In this document: positions 1 to 12,912 of the stretch, piece after piece
Numbering within the stretch: position 1 is the first letter of the stretch
Layout of the letters: every line of letters starts with the position of its first letter
Assembly (NCBI GenBank): GCA_965153285.1
Contig: OZ229123.1
Reading direction: 5' to 3' (one strand)
Length of the DNA stretch: 64,000 bases
Source of the DNA: Podarcis tiliguerta
Lineage: Eukaryota
Translations under genes and position numbers: made by a program
Notes under the pieces: generated by a model
Seen by the model: only the letters and a program-made list of their open reading frames with translations
Told to the model about the DNA's origin: nothing
Database searches by the model: none

Positions 1-271
1 TGAAAAATTAATAGCTGACTAGAGGACAGTAATATGGGAAGGGGAGAACATCAGCCCTCATTATATCCAGACTTCATCTGATTTTCATCAAGGCCAGAGA
101 TCATGTTGCATGTTGTTGCCCTGTTTAGGAAAGGCAAGGAGGTCTCTTATCCACCGGCCAAAGCCCAAAGTGTATACAAAACACCATTGTGGATCAATGC
201 AGGATGGAACACTGGATTAAAAGATTGAAGGGAGGGGGAAGTGGAGCTGAACATTCATGAGGTTGGCATAG

Positions 272-601
272 GTAAAGGGTAAAGGGACCCCTGACCATTA
301 GGTCCAGTCATGGCCGACTCTGGGGTTGCGGCGCTCATCTTGCTTTATTGGCCGAGGGAGCCGGCGTACAGCTTCCGGGTCATGTGGCCAGCAGGACTAA
401 GCCACTTCTGGCGAACCAGAGCAGCACATGGAAATGCCGTTTACCTTCCCGCCGGAGCGGTACTTATTTATCGACTTGCACTTTGACGTGCTTTCAAACT
501 GCTAGGTGGGCAGGAGCAGGGACCGAGCAACGGGAGCTCACCCTGTTGTGGGGATTTGAACTGCCGACCTTCTGTTTAACCCACAGTGCCACCCGTGTCC
601 C
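272..601 (-). mobile_element. Sauria SINE
   Basis: tRNA-like head on minus strand (reverse complement of ...gccacccgtgtccc) and (ACCTTT)n-type tail; 13-bp TSD GAGGTTGGCATAG at 259-271 and 602-614; small internal deletion versus other copies. Confidence 0.92.
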
Positions 602-769
602 GAGGTTGGCATAGCCAGGAGCAAATACCTTGACTTCAGAACCCGGGGCATTTCATTGCAATCCAGACAGCAGCTGGTTTTTTGGAGGTGCCTGAAAATG
701 CTTTGGTTCAAAGAATATCTCAATAATATGAACCAATCACTAGAGGAGGGAGGTCAAAATAGGACAAAA

Positions 770-950
770 TGGGATATAGCAGCAGAGCATCTGTTCTGCA
801 TGCAGATGGACAAAGTTCGTTCCCACGAAGCATTTCTGGTTGAAAAGCACTCAGGGAAGAGCAGCATATCGGTGGGTAAGGGATCTCCTCTCTGCCGGAG
901 ATCCCAGAAAGGTCACTACAAGACAGAAGACAAAAATACTGAGCTGGGTG
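770..950 (+). mobile_element. degenerate tRNA-derived SINE (Squam3-like)
   Basis: gggatatagcagcagagcatctgttctgcatgcag head and later gacaaaatactgagct segment resemble the copy at 7448. Confidence 0.45.
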
Positions 951-1812
951 GGCAAAGATTTGAGTAGTGGTGTTTGCCAACACCCGAGGCTCACATGCTG
1001 GACAGGGGAAAGGTGCGGTGGGTGAAGAGAGCCCTCTGTACCAGCCCATCTTCCACTACTGGACAGCGGTGGAGCTAGCTACTCAGGCACCCAGAGCAGC
1101 ACCCATGCCGTGCACCGGGGGGGGGCAGGTTGAGCCGCCATGGGGGGGCAATCGGCACAGCAATCGGCGCCCACTGGTGGCAATCAGCGCATTGGTGGCA
1201 ATCTGCCCAGGGGGGCGATTGGCGCAGCGATCCACCCAGGGTTTTTTTTTGTCACCCCCCCCCCCTGTGATGATACCTGAGGCAGACCGCGTCCAACCCC
1301 CCTCCTACCCCCCTGCTACTGGAGCCAAGCAGGGCTGTCCTACACTGCCTGCCTTCACAGGGGGGAGCCTGGCTGACCCCTGTGGCCCTTGATTGGCAAA
1401 TCCTCCCTGACCCCTGTGGCATGGAGAGGAGTGCCAAGCCAAGCCAAGCTGCAGGTCAGCCCTTGCCCACCCACCTCCATCCATTCGTACCCGTTCACCC
1501 TCCAAGCAAGGAGAGAGAGTTGGTTGGACAGCCATTTATCAATGGTGCCGGGGACACAGTGGCGAGGCCAGGTGAGGTTCTGGGGCCCAGAGACCGCTGG
1601 CAACAGGCAGGGTGGGACAGACATCCCTGCATGGGGGAACCTGGTTCACGCCCCCTCAAAATTGTGTGTCTGGGGCCATGGCCCCCCTGCCCCCCTATGC
1701 TCCTGGATTTGGACCTGGCATAAGGCCACTTCCTATGCTCTGTGAAGGCCTGTGGAAATCAGGAGGTCGTCTTTCTTGGGTCTTGAAAGGTGGTCCCCAG
1801 AGCCACAACCAG

Positions 1813-2062
1813 GAAGAAGAAGAAGAGAAGAGTTTGGATTTGATATCCTTCTTTATCACTACCCGAAGGAGTCTCATAGACGCTAACATTCTCCTTTCCC
1901 TTCCTCCCCCACAACAAACACACTGTGAGGTGAGTGGGGCTGAGAGACTTCAGAGAAGTGTGACTAGCCCAAGGTCACCCAGCAGCTGCATGTGGAGGAG
2001 CGGAGACGCGAACCCAGTTCACCAGATTACGAGTCCACCGCTCTTAACCACTACACCACACT
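1813..2062 (-). mobile_element. tRNA-derived SINE (Squam2-like)
   Basis: Near-identical to 27749-27993 and reverse complement of 33376-33608; A/B-box-like head gtgtggtgtagtggttaagagc. Confidence 0.85.
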
Positions 2063-2309
2063 CCATTCTGCCCAGCCTCACCTCTAGCAGCAGGTGGATC
2101 AGAGGAAGGGGGCTACAACTTCTTCTCTTATATATAAATATGTGTATTGATTTGTTAGAAAGACAAGTTCACTAACAAACCAAAAGAAAACAAGGGATAA
2201 AAAATGTAAACCATAAAGCATCACAGCCTAGAAGGACAAAGGTTCAAAGATACAGCACAGCTCCAGAGGGATAAAAACGTATTAGCTCATGCAAAGGTAC
2301 CCTATACAA

Positions 2310-2700
2310 AGAATGAAAGTACCAAGTACCTACCAGGGTGGACTGGCAGATGAAACTACTGGACTATGCAGAGATGGCAAGATTAACCAGGAAAATCAGA
2401 AACCAGGAGGATCAAAAGAATGGGACAAATTTAGATTATTTGAAAAACCACTGTAAACACTTGAACCTCTTAGGCAGGTTTTTAATAACTCTTTAAATAA
2501 TTTCTGATACAATGGAGGACAGTAGATTGGATGGACTTATAATATGCAGTTAAAAAGTTACTCAAATAACCCACGGAGGGGAGGAGGGAAGTCTTGAGAT
2601 TTGGAAGAATCTTGTGAATTTTTTATTTTTTGTTTTACTACGGATGAATATGAACAAATTTGTAAAACCAAATAAAAATTATTTTAAAAAGAAGAAGAAG
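2310..2700 (+). mobile_element. L1-clade LINE 3' end fragment
   Basis: Encodes DWQMKLLDYAEMARL, homologous to the C-terminal ORF at 12437-12682; G-rich 3' UTR, AATAAA and A-rich tail. Confidence 0.75.
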
Positions 2701-2976
2701 AAAGGTATATTAAAATAAGCTTATACTCCATCTGAAAGAGCAGGCTCCAACAAAGGAGGAGTAGATTTTGAAAGTAACAGACTATGCAGAAATGACAGCA
2801 GAATTAAGAGATCAAAATGATGAACTCTCTATAGAAGAATGGAGGCCTGTCGTGAACTATTTTTATGAAAATTAAAGTCAAATGACATCGCAGGCAAGAT
2901 TTGAGATAGAAGCAGCGGAAGAAAAATGATAAAATAACTAATAGGGAAACATTTTGTAATGGATAAAGATATAATA

Positions 2977-3218
2977 CAGTGGTACCTCGGGTTAAGTACT
3001 TAATTCGTTCCGGAGGTCCGTACTTAACCTGAAACTGTTCTTAACCTGAAGCACCACTTTAGCTAATGGGGCCTCCTGCTGCCGCCGCGCCGCCAGAGCA
3101 TGATTTGTGTTCTCATCCTGAAGCAAAGTTCTTAACCTGAAGCACTATTTCTGGCTTAGTGGAGTGTGTAACCTGAAGTGTATGTAACCTGAAGTGTATG
3201 TAACCTGAGGTACCACTG
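2977..3218. mobile_element. Tc1/mariner (pogo/Tigger-like) MITE, 242 bp
   Basis: TIRs CAGTGGTACCTC...GAGGTACCACTG with TA on both sides; sits inside a degraded L1-like 3' fragment (~2740-3340). Confidence 0.93.
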
Positions 3219-3423
3219 TACAGTGGAAAAGGTTTGCGCAGAAACACTGTAGAGGTGGGAAGTTAATTTATGAACAATTTAATTATTTGATATGAAGATT
3301 ATTGTGAAAATGTTGGGGGGGGGGGGATAAAATTATACGACAAAATTCAGCAACCTTTCTGCAGTCCCAGAGGAGACTTGAAAAGCATATTTGGTACTCA
3401 GAACTAAGGGAGGGAGGGGAGAG

Positions 3424-3486
<63 letters not shown>

Positions 3487-3487
3487 A
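3424..3487 (+). repeat. (GAAA)n microsatellite
   Basis: Direct reading. Confidence 0.97.
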
Positions 3488-4769
3488 GGGTTTAGACAGT
3501 CAATTTCTCAGCAGTGTTACCAGCATCTCAAACTGATGGTGGCTGGAAATACTTAATCAAAAAGAAAGTTGGGTGGAGGATCTACATTTATTTTTATTTT
3601 ATTTTTGAAGAGCAACTCTACCTGGGGGGAGAGGGGGGCGTTGCCTCATTCTGTGCTGAAGCTTCTTCTACCCATCATTTTCGCCATACTTTCCCATTAT
3701 TATCTGGGTGATGGCAGTGACATATTGAGCATACGTGGCAGTGAGAAAATTGATTTCCCGCAACAGAAATGCTTCCAATTTTCCCAGGGCCATAATTTTA
3801 TGTCCACAACAAAATAAAAGGGTTATTTTCCTTAAGATGAAGGGAACTGAAATCTTTGATAAAAGCCACGGTAAATGTTGTACTTTAAATTGTGAAAACT
3901 ACAGTTTTCAGGGACGTTGGAGCCTATCTGGTTCGTGGAGAAAAAGCAAACCATACAATTGTGAAAAGATTTGAATCTGTCCTCAGGTATCCCGGCCAAT
4001 TCACAACTTTTTATATCTGCTGGGTCAACAAATTGAGCAGTGGATGGAAGGAAGGCCAGTCGTTTAGCCAAGGGACACTCAGTTGCCATCACTCTTGTGT
4101 ATTGTATACTGTACCAGGGTTTGCTTTTCATCAAAAAGCTGTCATGTGGGGTTTTGTGTAATCTTTTAATTTCTAGTGGGGAGGGTATCTGGGAGGTCTA
4201 CATCCAGGCTCCCCATTTCCTCAGTGGCCTCAGTAGCATGGATGGGGGAGCTGGGCGCTCACCTAAGGTACCAAGCTGAGCTCAGTGGCTTTCTCTTCTT
4301 CTTTTTAATGTCCTTTCTGACGTGAGCTAGGTTAGCTAATGGCTGTTCTGAGCTGAGGGAGGAGTCCCATTGCACTAGTAGTAACCCTTGTGCTGACAGG
4401 ATGAGTTAGTAGAACACTGCCCTTGAAGTTTATTTGAAATTGCTGTGTTCGTTAGTACAGTTTCCTTGCGCATACTTCAGCGGTGTGTTCAAGTTTTCAG
4501 CCCACAGGTCATGTTTCATGCTCCAAAGATTGCATGAACCTGCTGCCCTGAATAGCAAGGTGCTTCTTCCAAGACCCCTGCACCAAAGGAAGCCAGAGAA
4601 GGGCAGATGGAGGCTCAAACATTTGGATGCCTTGCTGGAAGTTGTGGAGCAGCTCTGGAGTATCGGAAAGGACATATGGAAGAAAACCGTGTAGCAGCAC
4701 TGCATCTACCTGAGGAGTCGTCGTCGTCATCATCATCATCATCATCAATTATTATTTTTTATTCTTTTT

Positions 4770-5040
4770 ACCTAGCTCCCAACAGATTAAAAACATGATA
4801 AAACTCCAAACATTAAAAACTTCCCTAAACAGGGCTGCCTTCAGATGTCTTCTAAAAGTAAAATAGTTGTTTATTTGCTTGACATCTGATGGGAGGGCGT
4901 TCCACAGGGCGGGCGCCACTACCAAGAAGGCCCTCTGCCTGGTTCCCTGTAACCTCACTTCTCGCAGTGAGGGAACCACCAGAAGGCCCTCGGCACTGGA
5001 CCTCAGTGTCCAGGCTGAACGATGGGGGTGGAGACGCTCT
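4770..5040 (-). mobile_element. L2 LINE 3' fragment
   Basis: Reverse complement of 8005-8240; encodes RAFLVVAPALWNALPSDVK...FRRHLKAALF; flanked by (TCG)n(TCA)n simple repeat at ~4717-4746. Confidence 0.88.
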
Positions 5041-5279
5041 TTTTTCTGTGATTTCAAGGCATGGGTCCCCAAGGTTTTCCTTTGTTCTTCTGCTTTCACT
5101 GGGAAAACCCTCCACATATTGCTGCATCGGAACAGGTGTCCATCTGCAGAAAACCCAATAACATCTGTCCCAGTTCAGCAGTAGACCCATGGGTTACCCC
5201 GGGGAAAGTGGCAGGGCAAAAGGAAAACCTTTTGGACCTGTGCCTAAAAATCACTGACAAATGGAAGTGTGGATGAGCC
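5041..5279. mobile_element. foldback MITE (PIF/Harbinger-like), left end truncated
   Basis: ~55-bp imperfect inverted repeats (gtgatttcaaggcatgggtccccaaggttttcc / ggaaaaccttttggacctgtgcctaaaaatcac); right end gtgtggatgagcc resembles the end of 26610-26838. Confidence 0.6.
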
Positions 5280-5899
5280 ATGTAATGTCCTCAAGAGCCC
5301 ACAAACCATTTATTTAAGCACAGAGGTTTACATTTAACTTTCCTTGACTAGCACTGACTTCTGACTTCTTAAGTTCTCCTTCTGGGTGTGGCAAATGACG
5401 GCCTCCTTCAGGCTCCACCCACCATCTCCTGAACCCCGTCCCCCTTGCCCAAAGCCCTCTTGGCCATCCTGCCTGGGTGACATCCAGGATCATGATGAAT
5501 CGTCCCCAACTCTGGCCTCAGATTGTTTTTTAACATTTAATTTAGTTTCTTCCTGTGCTTGGATGAACAGGGCTGCGTTATGGATTTCTGCTCTAATGTA
5601 CACCAGCAGGTTGGAAGAACAAACCTCAGCAAGCTGTGGAAATTAGAGAGGGTGGATCAATAGAAGGGAAGGTCGTGACCCCGCCTCTGATGCTGTGCAC
5701 TGGCCAGGGATTTTCTGCCCCTTACAAACCTCTGGCTGCACGCTCTCCACATCCAAGTGAATACCTAGCAGGAAAATCACATCCAATGCCACAGCCCAAG
5801 ATGTAAAAGGGCAATTGCACCCATATCACACCCTTGGTTCTCTTGGTCAATGTGGAGGTGCATTTCTTCTCCCACAAACTGAAAACAGCTTCGCTAGCC

Positions 5900-6105
5900 A
5901 AGACAGATAGAGCCATAGTGACTATGGTCTGCCTCCACAGTTGGAGGCAACAATGCCAGTTTCTGGAAACCACAGGAAGGGAGAATGCTCTTGTGCCCAA
6001 ATCCTGCTTGCGGGTTTCCCACAGGCATCTGGTTGGCCACCCCAAGATGGCGGACTAGATGGGCCGTTGGCCTCACCCAGCAGGCTGTTCCTACGTTCTT
6101 ATGTT
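5900..6105 (+). mobile_element. CR1-type 3' tail fragment
   Basis: ggcatctggttggccac...ggactagatgggcc...ttcttatg tail shared with ~27680-27745 and ~51190-51270, where it ends CR1 ORF2 remnants. Confidence 0.65.
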
Positions 6106-6535
6106 AGAGCCTTGCAGCCTCTGACTGCTGCCACTTGTTATCCTTTTTGAAACTATTCCCTGTGCTGGAACAACAACAGAATCTTGTTCACAGATATGCT
6201 CCATAAATATATGCATCAGAGGAAAGGCAGGCATGAAAAACCAGTGCAGGAGTTGCTATTGACTTATTTGGTTCCCTCCTTTTATCTCATTAGCAAGACA
6301 TTACTTGCTGCAAGAGTCATGTCAATGCAATTTACCTCAGGGGTATTCTGTTCTAAGTTCCTTTACTAAGGCCAGGGAAGGAATACAGACAAATCAGAAT
6401 GAAGATGGGAAGGTGAGGGTTTCATGCCACTTGGAGGGCCTAAAGACAGTAGAAAAATAAATACTCAAAGACCGAGGCAAATCATCACATCCTCCAGGCA
6501 ATTCTGCTTCTGCTGAGAAGCAAGGAGGTTGCTTG

Positions 6536-7405
6536 TGTGGGATGTAATCTATTGGAGCAGTCAAATACAACATTCCTTGTTTCCCTAGAGTGGACACAGA
6601 CAGGGGGTGTTACTCCAGCCAAGGTAGAATTTCCTGTTGCACCTGGTCTGGAGCATCCTCCCCCTGCATGTGACCAGGTAGGTGGGCATGGCCCTTGCAG
6701 ACCTAACATAAGGTCCAGTCATGCAGCCATCTTCCTCTCTTGATGCTCTCCCTTCCATTTTGGCCACTGCTCCTGATGCTGTCTGCTGGCTCTCTGCCAG
6801 CAGCACATGGGCCCTTCCTTACAAGGATGTAATCCACACTGTATCACAAGCTAAAGCCTGCCTTCAGGGATCATACTGTGAACTGCATGTGAGTAAACTT
6901 ACTTACAAGGAAGACTCTTGGGTCTTTATTCTTTTAGGAGGGAAACAAAGGGGTCTTACCAGGAATATACTCCAATGTGAGCATGCCAGATTGGTTTGCT
7001 TAACTAAAGAGATTCAAATGAATCTGTAACTAGTTTCTTGCTGTGTAAAGGGGAATGAGCTCTGCTTTATATATGTATGACTCACTAGTGTGAGTTAGGA
7101 AGGATAATATATATCAATACAGTGATATATTTGGTTGAGAACGGGATCCATTCCGGAGCCCTGTTCACAACATGAGCAGAATGTAACCCGCACCTGCGCT
7201 TGCACGGGTCACGATTAGCCGATTCTGCGCATGTGCATGACGTCATTTTGAGTGTCTGCGCATGCGTGAGCAGCGAAACCTGGAAGTAACCCTTTCTGGT
7301 ACTTCCAGGTCACTGCGGGACACAACCTGAAAAGATGTAACCTGAACCAAACGTAACAAGAGGTATGACTGTATATCCTCTCCTACTGTCCCCAACATTC
7401 CCACA
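6536..7405 (+). mobile_element. solo LTR, family A copy 1 (contains nested MITE)
   Basis: TGTGGGATG...CATTCCCACA termini; near-perfect 5-bp TSD GCTTG/GGTTG; homologous to 16961-17503 and 35507-36127; strand inferred from AGTAAA signal. Confidence 0.8.
7120..7371. mobile_element. Tc1/mariner MITE, second family, nested in LTR
   Basis: CAGTG...GACTG ends with TA TSD; inverted homolog at 40708-40967. Confidence 0.85.
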
Positions 7406-7447
7406 GGTTGCCAAAAGTGGGGTTGCTGGGATCCCTCATTGCTCTCC

Positions 7448-7610
7448 AGGGGTGGTGAGTGAGCTCAGTGGTGGAGTGTTTGCCTTGCAAGTGGCAGGTC
7501 CCAGGTTCAGTCCCTGGTATCTCCAGTAGGGATGGGAAAGACTCCTGCCTGAAGCTCTGGAGAGCTGTTCCCCTCAATGGAGACAATACTGCACCAGATG
7601 GACCAAAGTT
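7448..7610 (+). mobile_element. tRNA-derived SINE (Squam3-like)
   Basis: agctcagtggtggag A box, ggttcagtccc B box, then gaaagactcctgcctgaa...gacaatact...agatggacca body. Confidence 0.75.
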
Positions 7611-7799
7611 CCCAGCCATGGGCTCCTGTTGCTGAAGCAGCTTTGGGAGAAGCTCCACCCGCATGGCAGCTAACCTGTGAATGAAGCTGAAAGCTGCACA
7701 TCACAAAACGTGGCATTTTTTAAAGTGTTCAAAGGACTCCACTCAACACATTCCAGCTCAAAAGTCTGCTGGTGAATGCAGGTATTTCCCTCACCCAAG

Positions 7800-8328
7800 T
7801 GATTCAGAGTGGGGCTACCTTTGAAGGTGACCCAGAAACTACAACTAATCCAGAACGCAGCAGCCAGACTGGTGACTGGGAGCCGAGACCACATAACACC
7901 GGTCTTGAAAGACCTACATTGGCTCCCAGTACGTTTCCGAGCACAATTCAAAGTGTTGGTGCTGACCTTTAAAGCCCTAAACGGCCTCGGTCCAGTATAC
8001 CTGAAGGAGCGTCTCCACCCCCATCGTTCTACCCGGACACTGAGGTCCAGCACCGGGGGCCTCTGGCTGTTCCCTCACTGCGAGAAGCCAAGTTACAGGG
8101 AACCAGGCAGAGGGCCTTCTCAGTAGTGGCGCCCTCCCTGTGGAACGCCCTCCCACCAGATGTCAAAGAGAACAACTACCAGACTTTTAGAAGACATCTG
8201 AAGGCTGCCCTGTTTAGGGATGCTTTTAATGTTTGATGTATCACAGTTTTTTAATATTCTTTTGGAAGCCGCCCAGACTGGCTGGGGAAGCCCAGCCAGA
8301 TGGGCGGGGTATAAATAATAAATTATTA

Positions 8329-8376
<48 letters not shown>
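7800..8376 (+). mobile_element. L2 LINE 3' end with (TTA)n tail
   Basis: Encodes KLQLIQNAAARLVTG..HITPVLKDLHWLPVRFRAQFKVLVLTFKALNGLGP, the typical L2 ORF2 C-terminus; (ATT)n at ~8317-8376. Confidence 0.92.
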
Positions 8377-8377
<1 letters not shown>

Positions 8378-9029
8378 ATAAGTATTTGTCTGAGTGAAAT
8401 TAAGAAGTACCAGCTGGTTCAATCAGGTGGTGGGGTGGGGAAAACTAAGGCTGGTGCCTATCAGTTTGTTGGCTTCAAGCAGCAGAAACTGAGCTGCGGG
8501 TCTAAAGGCCTTGGAACTTGCTCGGCAGGCTTATTTCATCCAATCTGCAGTATGAAATTGATATGGCAAGAGGATGTGCTAATGCAAGGGACTCAACGTG
8601 CCGTAAACTTATCTTTTTGGACTGACTTATCTATTGCTAGTTCTTTTTTGGCTGCTCCCAGTTGGAAGGTCCAATTGCTCCTATGAGTGAGTCTTGAAGA
8701 GAAAAGCAATGGCTACTGGCAGGAAAACAGCAGCCCAGTCAAGGAGCTCCTGGTAGGCCAAGCAAGCCTGCCATGTCATCATAGACTTGGGTAGTTTCCA
8801 AGTTCTGACTGCAGTCTGCTGCTCCCTTCCGGCAAATCCACATTTAGTTTCTTATAGTCCCAACCTGATTTCCCACTGGTCTCTCAGGCTTATTCTTTAT
8901 GAAACCTTTCCTCACTCTGGCTTTGAGGTGGAAAGTTTCTCTATGCCTACTGATTCCTCCTAAACCCTTTGGTCCATACATCACCTAGGTCCTGTCCTGC
9001 CTAGCCAGACGCAAAACGCCGGAGGGTGG

Positions 9030-9541
9030 TGTGGCGATCCCACAGGGTCCCCCGACGTTTCACCGTCTATTGATCCCTGTGCAACCACTTTATTCCTCGC
9101 TGCCACCACCCAGGCCCTACCTGGTACAATACTGAGTCCAGTCAGGTTTAAATTGGAACATAAACTTCTCTTTATTTATTGCAGTTCAACAAGTGTGTGG
9201 TTTCATAAACGGTATCGGTCAATTACAATCATGGGGTGCCTATCCAGACCTATAACTTCCACTACCTGCTCTCACTCACTAAACCACCTCTCAGATATTT
9301 ACTTGTCTTCCTAGCCCCTAACTGTTCCTGACTCAGCTTATTTCGCTACACTAACTCAACCTACCCACAGGCTCTATCCCAATTCACTCCCACTCCAACC
9401 AACCATCCAACTCCCAACGAACTCCTCCTTCGCCCCTCCCAGAACTGGTTTTATAGTCCCTCTGACTCCACCCCCCCGGGTTCTGATTGGGTAACTTGTT
9501 TAACTATTTCACCTCCAGCACTCTCATATGTTAACGTCACA
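9030..9541 (-). mobile_element. solo LTR, family B, 512 bp
   Basis: TGTGGCG...CGTCACA inverted termini; perfect 5-bp TSD GGTGG (9025-9029, 9542-9546); minus strand has CCAAT (~9486), TATAAAA (~9450) and AATAAA (~9175) in U3-R-U5 order. Confidence 0.88.
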
Positions 9542-11674
9542 GGTGGTGGCAGCCACAACTGGCCTGCACTTCAGAAATGGATACAGATCTCCCTAATCCC
9601 CTAGTACCATTTGAGGGCTCCCCTGTCAACTTTCTACCTGCTTTCCTGTTCCACCTTGAGCCACCTGGTGGCCCAGTCAGTGCCCCCCTCCCCCTTAGAG
9701 TCAAAATGGAGGAGGCTAAGGCATATTTTGTGCTAAAGGCGTGTTATGTATTTTGGCGTTTTTATATTCCTGCATTTGAGGGGGTTGGTCTAGATGACCC
9801 TCATGGTACCTTCCAGCTCTGCAATTCTATGATTCTATGAACTGGAGATGCCAGGGATGGTTTCATGTGACTTTCTGTGTGGTCTTGGGATGAAGGGTGA
9901 TATAGAAATTTAATGAATAATAAGAAATAATTATAATATGTAGGGATTAGGCTGCCAGCTTCTTATGCAGGCCTCTCATGCCATCATTACGGAGAACCCC
10001 ATTCTTGGTGACAATTACACATTTGGGCATTTCACAGGGAGGTCCCTTCTGCTGTTCCTGTGTGGCTCCTCTGCTCCTCTCCAGGGCTCTTCCTCCTTCT
10101 TCCCACACTGGCAAAGCCTTGGCACCTCAGTGGTGATTTTTGTCAGTAGGGAAAGTGCCCCTTTAACAGCTATGGCAAGGTTAGAATCCTAATTTGTAGG
10201 ATTTTACCATTTGATGATCTTCTTTAAGACATTACAAGTGATTAAAAGGACCATAACAGATAAATGCAGCCTTTAAAGCTACTCATGCATTCTTAATGGG
10301 CAGCCTGTTAATCTGAGGTCTGGGTCATGAATTTGAACGCTCTTCACTAAACACCTCTTTGGCAAGGAAAGCCAATTTCCCCTCAGGGTAAACTGTAATT
10401 CATTAATTGTAATTAAATTAAACATCTGTGACTAACTGGGAATCCCAATTTGTCTCCTGCACAGGGCAGAGCCTTGGCATCCTCAGGCTCTTTTGGTCTC
10501 TCTATGCAGAAACAGGGAAAGGGGGGAGGGCGTTGTGTGCCTGACCAGGGCACAGACAGGAGGAGCCCTATTGTTTAGAATTTCTATCATTTCCTTGCTG
10601 AATCCACAACTTGCCATCCGCTTATTTCCTTTCATAAAACAGCGGCATCTATGCACATGCCAAGACTGACATTTCCAATTTACTTCCTTAAGAAAAAATA
10701 AACTAACATAAAACGTAGAAATAAAATGCAACATGGTTGACCTCTGTCTTGCCCCCATCAGAGGAAAAGTACTGGGCTAGATCAACCACAGGTCTGGTCC
10801 AACCATGTGCTTTGGAATTTTCCTGGGACATCCCTGGGGTCTTTAGGAGCTACTGAGGCACTTCCATGTGCTGCTGCCCCACCAGAGTAAAACTTGTTGG
10901 CTTCTGCTCATTTCTTTCTTTGCAGTTTCCTCTATAGCAGTGGTGAAGTGAAAGGCTGTGAGGGCCGACCAAAGGGCCAACCAAACTTGTTAACCTTTCT
11001 TTAGGATTGAGCTTTTTTAAGGGTTGAAATTGTTGAGGTTTTTTAAGGATTTTACTGCCACAAGGGCTGGATTAGACCACCGACCGGTGGGCTGGATTAG
11101 ACCCCCAAAACAGACTTTGGACTTGGCTGCTCTACAGGCTTCTACACAGTGAAGAATTGAGTTCTGCCTGAACTCTTCACGCATTGTTAGACAAGGGGTG
11201 TGGGTGCGTGTAGAAATGGAATTGCTTTTTTTCCTACTCTACATCTGACTTGTTGACTTGTTTCTACTCTACATCTGACTTGTTGAGACTTGTTGAGAAT
11301 CTGGTAAATATTGTAGCCCCAGAAGGCCCCTGCCAATCGCCACCCACCCACCATGGCAGAACAATGGAAAAACTGGAAAGAAGAAACCTTTCACACAACA
11401 GCAAATGCCGCAAAGCTGAGCAAGCCCTGGTCACCACATTGAGTCCCATTTCTAAGCCCATTGTAACCTTGTCTCAAGGCACAGAGCAGGTGCTCAAGGC
11501 TCACAAGACAAATGCAAACCATTGACCAAGAAAGCAGGTGCAGCACTGTGCTGAAGTGGAAGTGAAGGTCAAAGGGGGTGGGCAGAGGTGGCTGAGAGAA
11601 GAGGAGTGGAAGCCATCCCTTTTGGAGCCACAGCCAGTATGTTTATGATCATTTCAGAACACAGAAAATGTGTA

Positions 11675-11916
11675 TAGTGATACCTCGGGTTAAATACTTA
11701 ATTCGTTCTGGAGGTCCGTTCTTAACCTGAAACTGTTCTTAACCTGAAGCACCACTTTAGCTAATGAGGCCTCCTGCTGCTGCGCTGCTGCTGGAGCATG
11801 ATTTCTGTTCTCATCCTGAAGCAAAATTCTTAACCTGAAGCACTATTTCTGGGTTAGCGGAGTCTGTAACCTGAAGCGTATGTAACCTGAAGCATATGTA
11901 ACCCAAGGTACCACTG
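11675..11916. mobile_element. Tc1/mariner MITE, 242-bp family
   Basis: Homologous to 2977-3218; TA TSD. Confidence 0.92.
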
Positions 11917-12249
11917 TATTAACAATGAACTAGAGCAGTGGTTCCCAATCAGCTAAGTACTGAGGACCCCCTGCGAAGTCATGCACTCCTTACTTTTGAA
12001 ACTTTTGATATCTCTACAGTAGTTTTTGTTATGTGAATGGAGCTTATAGTTAATGGCGAATGCCTGGTATGTTCCTCCTAGTGGTGCAGCAATAAAACTG
12101 CTGGCACATTTGCAAAGCTAATCGGAGTCCAGTATGGTTTCTAATTGGATGGGGGACCATGTGCTGAGATTCCTGCATTGCAGGGCGTTGGACCAGATGA
12201 GCCTCAGGGTCCCTTCCAACTCTACAATTCAATAATTCTATTATCCTGG

Positions 12250-12912
12250 CTCAAATATATGTTGGAAATGCAAGGAAAAAGAAGGGACTTTTTATCATAT
12301 GTGGTGGGAATGTAGAGTAATTAAAAAATATTGGGAAGTGATATATAACGAGTTGAAGAAAATGTTTAGACTAACATTTGTAAAAAAGCCTTAAGCATTT
12401 TTATTAGGGATTGTAGGGAAAGACCTGCCAAGGAAAATGAAGAATATATTTATGTATGCCACAACGACGGCAAGAGTATTAATAGCACAAGGATGGAAGA
12501 ATGAAGAAATCCCAGCAAAAGAACAGTGGCACGAGAAATTAATGGACTATGCGAAACTGGAAAAACTGACGCACAAACTACGTGACAAGGATAACTGTGA
12601 CTTTAAAGAAGAATGGGAACCTTTTACAAAGTATCTAAAGAATCAACAAAATGAGGTGGACTCCTTGGCAGGTTTTGAATAAACATACACAAATTTATTT
12701 GTTAACATAAGAGATGGATAGCTTAGAGATTTTTACATGTTTACAATATGCAGAGAACAATATGTGTTAATAAACCAGAAAGAGGAACTGAGGGAAGTTG
12801 TAGGGGGGAGGGAGGGAAAAAATGGGGGGAAATACAGTTGTTAAAATAATTTGTTATGTGAAAACTGACAGTAATTTTTTAATAATAATATTATTAATAA
12901 TAATAATAAATA
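12250..12912 (+). mobile_element. L1-clade LINE 3' end
   Basis: CWKCKEKEGTFYHMWWEC zinc knuckle, ORF2 C-terminus (track ORF 12437-12682), G-rich UTR, (AAT)n tail; one in-frame stop. Confidence 0.88.

Noticed and set aside
348-614. Recurring ORF MAEGAGVQLPGHVASMTKPLLANQ... (also at 32698, 39267 and others) resembling a gene family
   Set aside because: It is the antisense translation of Sauria SINE copies.
1064-1322. GC-rich segment with possible TIRs (also 16197-16549 and 37370-37660)
   Set aside because: Probably degraded MITEs, but TIRs and TSDs are too weak to define.
2977-3218. Regularly spaced TAACCTGAAG repeats resembling a CRISPR-like array
   Set aside because: Internal repeats of a eukaryotic MITE, identical across copies, with no unique spacers or cas genes.
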